This document shows positions 50,607-61,368 of a DNA stretch of 64,000 bases, piece after piece. A model generated the notes under the pieces. It saw only the letters and a list, made by a program, of their open reading frames with translations, was not told the origin of the DNA and searched no databases. The DNA lies in contig OZ316896.1 of the NCBI GenBank assembly GCA_973895155.1, forward strand, positions 8,391,539 to 8,455,538. The letters run 5' to 3'. Positions within the stretch are counted from its first letter, which is position 1. Every line of letters starts with the position of its first letter. Source of the stretch: Marsupella aquatica (lineage: Eukaryota > Plantae > Marchantiophyta). A program made the translations under genes and the position numbers.

Positions 50607-53540
50607 TTGCTCCTCAAGCATGAGAACGTGTTTGCTTTCTCTATGAAGGACTTGGGTAAGTGCAAGACTATGCAGTTCTCCATTGAGTTGGCTGATGAAA
50701 CACCTATCTTCAGGCGGAGACACCGTTTGAGTAAGCATGAGTGGCAGCTGGTGGATGAGAGGTGCCAAGAGCTCTATGAAGCTGGTCTTATTCAGCCATC
50801 TACATCAGATTTTGCAGCAGCTACAGTGATGCCAACAAAGAAGGATTCCAGTGGATTGTGGACAGAGAAACGCATGTGTGGGGACTACAGGCCACTGAAC
50901 CTGGTCACACCCCAGGACAGGTACCCCATGCCACGGCCAGAGGAGCTATTTGATAGCATTGGAGACTCAGACATCTTCACTCTTGTGGATCTAAGGCAAG
51001 GCTTCAACCAGATTTTGCTGCTTGCAAAGGATCGCAAGAAAACAGCTTTCCATGGTAGTAACCAACTATGGGAGTGGTTGGTGATGCCATTTGGCTTGCA
51101 GAATGCGCCCATATTCTTTCAAAGAGTCATGGACCAGGTTCTTCAAGGTGCTGAGTTTCTGAAATGCTACATTGATGATGTGTTGGTCCACAGCAAAGGA
51201 TTTGACCAGCATCTACTTGACCTTGAGGAGCTATTCATGAGGCTTAAGAAGGTGAACCTAAAGATACACCCCAAGAAGTGTGAATTTGCTGTCAGATCAA
51301 TAGTATACCTTGGGCACCGCATTCTTCCAAATGGAACCATGGCTCACTGGGCCAAGGTAGTATCCATCTTGGAAATGCCCACTCCTACTGATGTTCACAC
51401 TTTGAGGAGTTTTATTGGGTTGTGCAATTACTACCGGATCTACATCAAAGATTTCAACACCATTGCACACCCATTGTATGCTTTGTTGAAAAAGAATGTG
51501 ACTTGGACATGGAGTACAGATGCTGAGGTAGCATTTGCCACTTTGAAGAAGAAGCTCTCAGAATACCCAGTGCTGAGAAGACCTGATTTTAGCAAGGTCT
51601 TTGTGCTCCACACAGATTGGAGTGCCCTTGGGATTGGTGCCATTCTAGGCCAACATGATGAGGAAGGTAAGGAGTACGTCATTGCCTATGCATCCAGGAG
51701 CAACAATCAGGCCGAGAGTCATTATTCTTCTTATGAGGGTGAATGCCTTGCTGTTGTGTGGGCTGTCATACATTACAGGCCCTACCTCTATGGGACCAGG
51801 TTTACTCTCTACACCGACCACCAGCCCTTGAAGTGGTTGATGACTAACGACAAGCTTACTGGCAAGCTTGCTCGTTGGGCACTCATCCTCCAGGAGTATG
51901 ACTTTGAGGTAATTCATAGGCCTGGTTTGACACATCAGAATGCTGACACTATGTCCCGCAGCCCTTTGATTACCTCTGATGATTCCTCAGATGCACGGCA
52001 AGATTTTGACCAGGTTTCCATCCTACCTACATTTCATGCATCTACCTATCTTGCTTTGCTGCCATGCTATGTTGTTGACCAACCTATGGTGGACATATGG
52101 GAGGACAACGACACTCTGAGATTTCTGCAGCATGGGGAGTACCCCACCCATGTTACTACTGCCCAGAGAGACCGAATTCAGCAAAGGTCCAAGTGCTACT
52201 TGTGGAAGGGAGATCATCTTGTGCGCTGCCTGCCAGACAGGGAAGTGGTGGTTCCACCCATTCATGAGAGGGTTGGCCTTATCCGTAAGGTACATTCTGA
52301 GCTTGGTCATTTTGGTGTTAAGAGGACTTATAGCCTCTTGGTCCCCCATTATCATTGGAGAGGCATGCATGGCCAGGTTCGAGATGTTATTGCCCAGTGT
52401 GAGCAGTGTGATAGGGTAAGGACTTCTTTCACATCTCGGCAACCCACACTTCATCCACTCCCTATTCAGGGCATGTTTTATCGTTGGTCATGTGATTTGG
52501 CTGGAGAATTACCCCTCACATTTTGGGGTAATCTCTACATCATGATCATGATAGAGCATTTCTCCAAGTGGATAGAACTTGTGGCATTGCCGGATAAGAC
52601 CTCCCGTAGCACCAGCCAGGCATTCCTGCAACAAGTTCTCAGCCGCTTTGGAGCTTGTGCAGAATGTCTCACTGACCAGGGCTCAGAGTTTAGAGGAGAG
52701 TTCTAGGAGCTGCTTGATCAGGCCCTCATTGATCATCGTCGGACATCACGAGATCACCCACAGGCAGATGGCTTGGTAGAGCGCATGGTTCAGACATGCA
52801 AGAAGGGCCTCCGGAAGATCTGCCTCACCAAAAACAAGGAGGATTGGGACCTGGCCTTACCCTACATTGCCATGGGGTACAAGATGTCCAGACATGCATC
52901 ACTGTCTAACTTTTCTCCCTACTTCTTGTTGTTTAGTCGTCACCCAGTTCCACCTTCTGCTATTGCTGCTCACATGCTTCAGGTGGTAGACTTGGATTCA
53001 GCTGTGATTTGGTCTGATGTGATCTCTGAGAGGGCTGCCCTATTCAGGAGGGTTATGCCCATGGCCATGGAGAATTTGGCCATTGCACAGCACAGGGACA
53101 CACTGCGTTATGCACACACACGAGGGGGCACTTTTCAGCCCAAGGTCAGGAAGTTTGATGTGGGAGATTTTGTGTACTTGCAGCGGCAAGCTAACGACAC
53201 CCTGGACACCTCTACTAGTCGTACTATTCTCAGGGTTAAAGTTATTCGACCGTCTGGAGTGCTAGAGTTACAAGGGGCAGATGGGCGCACAATTGCTAAC
53301 AATGCCAAGAATTGCGCCCCTTGTCATCTGCCTAACCTGGATCCCACCATTGTGACTTCTACTTGGATTCCACCTGTGGACTACCCTTGCAAAGTGTGTT
53401 TGCGAATTGATGATGCTTACCAGATGCTGCTGTGTGACAATTGCAATGGAGGGTACCATCTTTTCTGCCTTCGGCCTGAACTTACCCAGGTGCCAGAAGG
53501 GTTATGGTTTTGCCCTTCCTATGCTCCACGTGCTACCTGA
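50607..53540 (+). pseudogene. Pol: reverse transcriptase, RNase H, DDE integrase and C-terminal PHD finger (in-frame TAG at 52704-52706)
   Basis: RT: RMCGDYRPLN, DLRQGFNQI, MPFGLQNAP, YIDD (51168-51179). RH: HTDWS, EGECLAVVWA, TDHQPL, NADTMSR. IN: HSELGH...CEQC, WSCDLAG, TDQGSEF, DGLVERM. PHD: CKVC...CDNC...HLFC...CPSY (53388-53522). Confidence 0.95.
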
Positions 53541-53573
53541 ATTTTCTTCAGCCCTCCTTTTGGCTGTGGTCTG

Positions 53574-53580
53574 GGGGGGG
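53574..53580 (+). promoter_or_regulatory. Candidate polypurine tract
   Basis: G7 run immediately 5' of repeat B1 and ~35 bp after the pol stop codon. Confidence 0.6.
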
Positions 53581-54294
53581 ATACAAAGGTTTACACCTCC
53601 ACTACGTACATACCACTTCATTTGCTTTTTCTTGGCACTTGTGAATGTGATTGGATTTTTTCTATGCATGTTGGTTGCTAGCAGCTTGCACATATGCATT
53701 GCCGGTGACTTGTATGTTTTCGATACACTATGGCTACGATACTATATGTCACGACAGCTGTCATGCTGAGGGACAGTGCCTCTTGTGCACATCGGCATGT
53801 CCCTCGCATGCCCGCTAGGTATGTAGTTAGGGCTAGTATACTACTTGAGTTAGTGTCATGTTCTTATAGCGAGTCTGGGCCGTTCTTGAAGCAAAGGTGT
53901 TTGTTAGTGTGATGCCTGGACCCGGTCCTACTTAGGGCATGTTTTTCTTTGCCATTTTTCAGTTCTTCTTGAATCGCTGTTGACAGAGCTCAGACAGTGC
54001 TCGTCGGTTCCGTACACGGGATTCACACAGTGATTCGTTAGATGCTCCCGGCCGATCTTGGCATCCCGCCGGTTTTCAATTCGATTTTAGTACACTTGTT
54101 TCTCTTACGCCTTTTATCATACAGAGGTTTACACCGCCACTACGTACATACCACTTCATTTGTTTTTTCTTGGCACTTGTGAATGTGATTGGACTTTTTC
54201 TATGCATGTTGGTTGCTAGCAGGTTGCACATATGCATTGCCGATGACTTGTATGTTTTCGATACACTATGGCTACGATACTATATGTCACGACA
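53581..54294 (+). repeat. 3' terminal repeat block B1-gc-A2-c-B2
   Basis: B1 53581-53756 and B2 54119-54294 (176 bp, 6 mismatches by manual count); A2 53759-54117; the B1/A2 junction is the palindrome GACA-GC-TGTC. Confidence 0.97.
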
Positions 54295-56744
54295 AGCTGA
54301 CATTCATCCATACCTTTGAGAATTTATATGTGGATTGACATGATGGCGAGGGTGAAGCCCCTATGTGTTAGGATAGATAACATTTGAATATTGAGGTGAT
54401 TTCCTTTAGATCAGGTAGAAGTTGTAAGTAAATATCATTCTTCACAAATTGTTTTCTCCAAAGAATTGTTTGTCGCTATGTATTTAGTTTTACATCTTTA
54501 TTTGTAGTATCAAAATGGACACCATGACATCTCTAAGACTTGTGCCACATAGCACACGAGTACATTGACAGAAACCCTAACATTCTTACTAGCCTGCCCC
54601 CCAGACTAACCCGATATTACTAACGAGCCCCCCAAATTAAATTATTATCAACCCGTCCCACATTTCGTATTCATGTGAATATTAACTCATATATGGGTTC
54701 CTATTGCAATGTGGCAAGTCACTATTGGCTAGCCGCCACCCCCACGGCCCCCCTTCATCTTCCCAGTTACATTTTCTTGAGTAAAAATGAGGGCCAAAAA
54801 TGTTGGGTTTTTGTGAGGGGAGTGTGGAGCAAAAAACAATGTATTTTTTGCCCCTCCTGGACCTGCAACTGTGCTAAGGGGAAGGGGGGCCCAAGGGGGT
54901 GGCCACAGGTTAGGCTAGCCAATAGTGACTTGCCACATGGCAACTGGGAATCCCTATACAAGAATACTGACCCCCATATTGACCTGAATACAAAACGGGG
55001 GACACATTGATAATTAATTCTGTTTGGGAGACAGAATAGTAATATTGGGTAGTTTGGGGACATGTGACAAAAAGCTGTTTTATTTCTATCATAAAGCAAT
55101 GGCTCTGACAATGCATCTCTATTTTGGCATACTTAAGATTTTACCATCAATCAATGTTTATGCAACCTAGACAAAAGTGAAATTCCACCAAAATTTATAA
55201 AACAGGGAAAAACAAAGTACAATGAAAGAGAAAAAGAGGGCAAAGAGTACAAACACCCAACAAGAAAAAATAAATCTAGAGTGTAAAAAACAGCTTAGTG
55301 TTGAAAAGCATACACCCAAAAAAAAATTGATTCCAGGAGTTAGACTTCATCTGAAATTGCAGTTACAAAGTTCCCTCTTTACCCTACTAGCCTGACTGCC
55401 CATGCTTTTCTCAGGCCACAGTTGCCCTTCCCACGTCTTCCCTAGCCTATATTTTGCCACCCGAGAGTCACAGGCTCCACTGTAGACCTCAGGCCCCCAA
55501 GAGTGTAGGTGTCTATTGCTAATTATTAGTTCCATTTTATCCCCAAGTCATAACAAGTCATAATGTTAAGTTAGACTTCCAAAACAAAGGTCTCTGTACC
55601 AACACCGGCCCCCACATTGCCGTGCCTAACATTTACTGCACAAGTAACAAAATGAATTTGACTCAAGTAGGTGTAGAAACGAGGAAACCATTACCTGGTC
55701 GTAATAGTGAATTCCAAGCAAAAAAAGACACGCGGCAGGGTTGGTGATCTCCATTATTAAAGTGGGTTCTTTTGGGCCTTGAAACTTGAAAGGGTGCAAT
55801 GTATTAAAATAAACTTTTCCATGGGGTACAGCGCAGGGCAAGGCCTACATGAGGAACACCAACCACAACGTCGGTCTTCCTTTGAATTAATATCATCACA
55901 CACCATAAATTATTGTCGGTAGTCTTCCGGCTCGCTCTTTCCCAGAATTGGATTTTTGGGGGTAGTTTTGTGGGGATGCTATTAACGTTAGGCACCACAA
56001 TGATAATAAAGTTTCCTTTGAGACAAAAAGAATCAAATGAAGCCAAGATCCACCATCATGTTAGACACAGTGCTCCTCTGGACCACATGCTGGTGTTCCA
56101 TGGGAGTTTGGGGCTTATTACTTCATGTTTATAAGTCCTAAAATAATTTTAGTTTTGCATCTGTAAGGCAACTGGTGAAGGAGGAGAAACAAAAAAACAC
56201 AAATCCTAATATCTGAGATTAACGCAATGAGAATTAGTCAAACAGAACTTACCCCTCCGCCAACTGTGATGACAAACTCATCCAAAATGGTCAAAAATAT
56301 CACTCTCACTTATAGATTCCTCTAGCAGGTCCCCATAACTATAAAATGTTTGAATTTATTAATATCAAGTTACTAAAATTAAACTGAAATTTTGCCAAAT
56401 GTGGTCCATGGGGTTTGGTAGACCCTCTCGTGATCCATGTTGGCTTCCAATTCCAAAAAGGACAGAAAAGAAGTTGCACGGCAAAGGTATACAACCAATT
56501 AAAGTTATGCCATTACACGTTAAAAAAAACAGCAAACGAAAGGACCAGATCTCCAGAATGACACCCGGCACATGGACCCGGAAATATACGTCCAGGCCCA
56601 AAGTCATAGAACAAGATACGTAAATCCTGTCAGGAGAAGAGGTTACCGGTGTGTAACCATTTTTACAAGGGCCTGCTATAGTCATAATCTGGTGTCCTGA
56701 AAAGTTGAGCCGGTAACCTCTTTCCGGGCAGGAGTTACGTACGC

Positions 56745-56887
56745 TAATGCAGGGCAGGGCTGGGGTTATAGGCTGTAACCTGCTCCCGGAATATTCAAAG
56801 AAGCTTCCCGGCTGTCGCCGGTCAGTTTCTTTTCATATTCCGGACGCAGGGTTACAGCCTAGTAACCCTGCGCCCAGACCTGCATTA
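56745..56887. repeat. Fold-back inverted repeat (~50-bp arms, ~40-bp loop), MITE-like
   Basis: 56745-56794 TAATGCAGG...GGGTTATAGGCTGTAACCTGCTCCCGGAATAT pairs with 56835-56887 ATATTCCGGACGCAGGGTTACAGCCTAGTAACCC...CCTGCATTA; a related arm occurs at ~62262-62310. Confidence 0.75.
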
Positions 56888-56934
56888 CCCTATACATCAA
56901 GCTGCCACAACCGATTGGTCAGCATGCAGAGGCT

Positions 56935-57202
56935 CCATGGTTCCATGTAACCGCAGTAAGCCATTCCAGGATCTACAGTCACAAGTACTCCCTGGGGACA
57001 CAGATGTGAATGGGTGACTCATTAGAGATAAGGCCATCCTCAGTTTTGGTCACTACTTGACCAGCATGCCTAGGTTCCATGGATCCTTTTAACCGCAGTA
57101 AGCCGTTCCAGGATCTACGGTCAGAAGTACTCCCCGGAGACACAGATCCCCAGATGGACCGTCGATGTGAAACCAATGTGTGACTCATTAGAGATAAGGC
57201 CA
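56935..57202. repeat. Imperfect ~140-170-bp tandem duplication
   Basis: TAACCGCAGTAAGCCRTTCCAGGATCTACRGTCASAAGTACTCCC...ACACAGAT...TGACTCATTAGAGATAAGGCCA twice. Confidence 0.8.
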
Positions 57203-58526
57203 CCCACAGTTTCGCGTCATCCAGCGGTTCACAAGGCCTCCTGCTCATCCAGAGTGTTAGGAGGTAACCAATCCGAAGCGCCTCCTGCGATCTGGCCCAT
57301 GGCCTGTATCCAATCGGCAAAGCCCACGTCACGGCGTGGTGTCCGGTAACGTGGGTTGGATGGTGGGTGGGTCGCATGAGTGCGGGGATGTGAGGGGGGA
57401 GGGAGAGAGGCAATCGAAGGGCAGCGCTGCTTCGCGACCTTTCCAGATCTTGAAAGGAACCCTACGTGTGTGCTCCGCGCCTGGTCCCACTTTTATTCGT
57501 CTTCCCTTTCTACGAACGAACTAGCGAGATATCCAACAGGAGAGAGGTATTGCTCTTCGTGCTGCAACGAACACAACAACACACGACTGTAGTGCTCTTG
57601 TCTGGCGACCTACCTAATCTCTGCTGTCTGCCGCCATTAAGCTCGCGTCGTGCTCGCTCTGTCGATCACATTGAACTTCTTCCTCCCGCTTTTGAGCCAG
57701 TCAGTCAGCCAAGGCGTCTCTCTCTCACTCTCTCTCTCCCGGTGCTTTCCTTTTTTGGGTGACACAGTCGTGCTGCGGGTGCAAGGTTGTTTCCCTTGCG
57801 TCGTCGGTCAGTCAGACAATATTATTGAATCCCTTCCTCTTGCATTTCAGCGTTTCAGCCAAGGCTTCGCTCACGCTCCCGGTGCCGCGTCATCATAGTC
57901 GTGCGAGATTGTTTTCCTGGCTGCCGGTTAGTCGGACACGTTTCTCTTGGCTTTTCGGTCTCTGTGGGACACGTTAATTGGAGCGACTCCTTGACACCAT
58001 CGATTGATTGATCGAAGGACGCGGAAGATCGGTGTGGAGCGTGGTTTCCTTCTCGACGCCGAGTTTGTGTTCGACTAGTATAAGAAAGTGCTGGTTACGT
58101 CTGGAGGAGTTATTTTGTAATCTAAGAAGTTTGAGTTCGCGCTTACACCGTGCCTCTTATTTCCTTCGCGGAGTATCGTACCCTTTCGATCCTTGAACTA
58201 CTGCGCCGGCGCTTGCGTTTCGTCGTCCACAAGACAAGATAAGATAACCCTCTGGTTGGCGGTGTCCAGACCGAAGGCTTCGATCATTTCCCTGACATTC
58301 ACAAGCTTCCTCGGCCCGTGATACGGTGTTCTTGTAAAGTGTTAGGAAGCCCGGTTTTGGTTATTGTTTCTCGGCGGCCTACCTTCTGTTCGACCCTTCT
58401 AGAAGCGCTCTCTTCTGTTCTGATCTATTTCGAGCGACTCGATCGAGGCGTCCGCAGGCGGTAACGTACCGGTCGTTATATCTATTTTGGTCGAAGAATA
58501 GAACCTGTTTTTGCGATAATCTGAAG

Positions 58527-59366
58527 ATGGTTGCCACGGATAAAGAAGTTGGTCTAAATATGGGCATGTCAGGTCGTGGAAAGTATCTGCCAATGAAGGC
58601 CAAGAATAAGTGGAGGCGTAGGAAGTTCTCAAGAAGGAATGAGCCTATGTGGAATCAGGGTCCTCTGCTGATGCATAATGGTGCATATGAACCCCCGAGA
58701 CTTACAGAGTTGCAGCAGCAAAACCGCCTGAAGACCAGAAGATTCTACCCAAGGAAATTGCGCGCACCTCGCGCTCCCCGTAACACCTCGTCCTTTATCA
58801 TGCGTGCCAAGAGGCCGGGAGGCTTGGCTTCACTTGTCTCTCCTGCTACCCCTGCAATCCTCCCGACTCCCGTCCTTTCTCCCGCTCCTCGATACAGAGA
58901 GGGTCTCGTAGACGAGGTTAACAAAGAGTGGGGTGTAGACGGTTATGGTTCTATGAACGGTTTGATCCGGTTGCGGTCTGTTGAAGAAGGCGAAAGAGAT
59001 GAGTTTGGCGGTACCGGTGAGAGTGAAAGTGAACTTGAGCAAGACACCCACGCTGAGTCTGTACAGCAGCTTGAGCAGCGGATAGATCATGGCTTAAGCC
59101 GTTTCGAGATTGTCTATCCGTCTCCGTCCGCTGCTAATGACAATAAACAGTCCACGGAGGTCCGCATGGAGGAGCTTGAGAATCATATTGCTCAGCTAGA
59201 AGATGAGAATCTGTCTCTGAAAGAAAATGTTTACTTGTTGCAGCAGGAATTATCAGAGGCACGGAGGCGACTACTTGTGCAAGACGCGGGAGATTATGGA
59301 TCTGATGAGAACGCCGGGGTCTGTCAAGAAAGAAGTGGTGGAGATGTATCTTGTGCACAAAGCTAG
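58527..59366 (+). CDS. PRL1-interacting factor A-like protein, intronless CDS, 279 aa
   Basis: Plant family motifs APRNTSSFIMRAKRPGGLASLVSP, TPAILPTPVLSP, KEWGVDGYGSMNGLIRLR, LSRFEIVYP and a C-terminal coiled coil; CT-rich leader from ~57.6 kb. Confidence 0.85.
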   Translation: MVATDKEVGLNMGMSGRGKYLPMKAKNKWRRRKFSRRNEPMWNQGPLLMHNGAYEPPRLTELQQQNRLKTRRFYPRKLRAPRAPRNTSSFIMRAKRPGGLASLVSPATPAILPTPVLSPAPRYREGLVDEVNKEWGVDGYGSMNGLIRLRSVEEGERDEFGGTGESESELEQDTHAESVQQLEQRIDHGLSRFEIVYPSPSAANDNKQSTEVRMEELENHIAQLEDENLSLKENVYLLQQELSEARRRLLVQDAGDYGSDENAGVCQERSGGDVSCAQS

Positions 59367-61279
59367 ATCATTTCTTTCTTTGCTTGCTGTGCCATTTATG
59401 TCTGTTTGTGTGTGAAGGTCAGCTGAAGCAACGATGGTGGTGCGGTGCCTGCGCAACGCGCGCGCTTCGCTCGAGTCAGATATGTTTGTTCACGTTCGCT
59501 GAACATCCATTTCCGACGTGAGTCTCACTGCCTTCTATGTACCCGGCTTTTGTGAGAGTACTACTGCCTTGTGATAACTTGTAGAAGAAAGCTTAATTCG
59601 TCTCTCTTTTCTCTCAAGGTCATGAGTGGAGCCTCCTTGGCATATGTATTCACAGGGCAAGACGGTCTACGCAGCTTGGAGGCTGTGTAGTGTTTTCTGG
59701 CGATGGGCTCTCATGCGGTAAGGACTTTACCCTTTCGTAGGTGTAAGGATGCTTGACATGACCGCCGTCCGTAAGATGTAATATGTCCTCGTAAGAGAGG
59801 TTGTTCATCCGTGAACGAATGTCGCTTTAAGTGGCTTCCACATTCTCTAATTTAAGTTTCACTTGTACATTGGAGTAGGATGTAGGATAGTCATGCAACC
59901 CTTTCTGCTGGGACATAATCTGGTGTCACAGCTAGGGTCGATACTCATCAGGTCAGGATAGTTCAATTTTGCAGTCTAGGCACACAGTCGGCTCCATTGC
60001 TTCCCGCGGACCAGGTATTTAGGGTTGTAGATGTCAAACCACTACCGTGGTATTACGAATATACTGTACACAAAATGAGAAATTTGCTTTTGCACTCGCC
60101 GTGTATAAAATTTTGTGATCACATGTTTATCAATGAGATGTTATGTTATTTAGCTCATTTGCTCCACTCTCTGAAGTATATGTCTCTGTATCAGAGCGCA
60201 ATGCGCTGCGATATGCACACAAAGGGCAAGGTGGGTAGCCTTATTGGCGCAGATACGTTTGCTGAAGTGTCGATTGCTTTCGTTGGGATCTTGGGCTCCA
60301 CTGTCTTTCCACTACGATTTCGTGTTTGTTTTGTATGGTGTCCCCGAAGTTAATCGGTTTCCGTAGATTATGTTTATGTTTGCTGTCCAGGTTGCACTCC
60401 TGGTCGCAGGGACTGAAGTGCATCTTGCCGGGTTCGGCAGCTGTGTATCAGTTTCATCTCTGAATCAAATGGTGCGTTTGGTTTGTGTGCCTGAGCATGT
60501 CACGCAGAGAACGTATTGGTTGGGTGGTTATTTGTCTACAATCGTAATAATACTTCGACCGGATTTCAGGACGAATGTTCTGGTGTTGCCTTCGGATTAG
60601 ATGTGTTGTCAAAAATGGATTAGCTGGTTTCGTTATAACATTGCCTCGTTAAGGTTGGGTTTTGTTCATTGTGGATTAAGTGCGCACATTTGCGCAAGGA
60701 CGTGACCATTCTTTGATGGGCCGAAGCCAAGGGTGTGGGCCTGGTCGTTGTTTTTGACCGAGTGGAGTTGCGACCATCGTGGGAGGCCGAGATCAAGAGA
60801 CTCCTCAGATCGGCAGATACATGGTCCTAACCATTGTCTAGATTGGTTTTTGTCGTTTCCAGTTCCTCCTCGTAGCCGTTCCGAAGTTTGCAGGATTGTT
60901 TTCGTGCATTGCACGTAGGATTGTTTCATACTTTCATGTGTCGTCAGTGTGGATTCCTTCATGTGTCGTCACTTGTCCTGCCATCGTCATCTTTCTGTGA
61001 GTGAACGACACCGTTTCAGGAGTATCTGTCCTCATTTCGCTGCGCGGCCCAGGTAAAAATTTCCCAAGTTGCATTCGACTGTGGTAACGAACAACAAAAG
61101 TACTGACCCGAAATAAAGACTTCTTTCCGGTACTGATAAGCTATGACTGGAGCGAACTACATGACCAATATTTACAGTGTGTCTTGTGGTTTCCTGTCAG
61201 CGGCAGAGTTGCCTCAGCAATCTGGAATGACGCAAAAGAAACGTGGAGCAGTCTGTGTCCTAAGACACAGATAGAATAG

Positions 61280-61368
61280 CCTATTCTACCAACGATAATT
61301 AACTCCCTATTCTACCAACGATAATTAACTCCCTATTCTACCAACGATAATTAATTCCCCATTCTACC
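61280..61368. repeat. 26-bp tandem repeat, ~3.5 copies
   Basis: CCTATTCTACCAACGATAATTAACTC repeated. Confidence 0.9.

Larger units (their letters stand above)
44553..54294 (+). mobile_element. Ty3/Gypsy-type retrotransposon with split direct repeats, carrying DNA methyltransferase and PHD domains (decayed copy)
   Basis: Begins TGTCATG, ends CACGACA; 4-bp TSD AGCT (44549-44552, 54295-54298); domain order Gag-PR-DNMT-RT-RH-IN-PHD; repeats A1 44553-44911, B1 53581-53756, A2 53759-54117, B2 54119-54294. Confidence 0.95.

Noticed and set aside
44553-54117. Conventional LTR pair A1/A2
   Set aside because: No TSD flanks A1..A2, no PPT precedes A2, and it leaves the duplicated 176-bp B unexplained; the TSD and inverted termini bracket A1..B2.
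44553-54294. Classification as a DIRS/Ngaro/PAT tyrosine-recombinase element
   Set aside because: No recognisable tyrosine recombinase ORF; it has aspartic protease, HHCC-DDE integrase, Gypsy domain order and a TSD.
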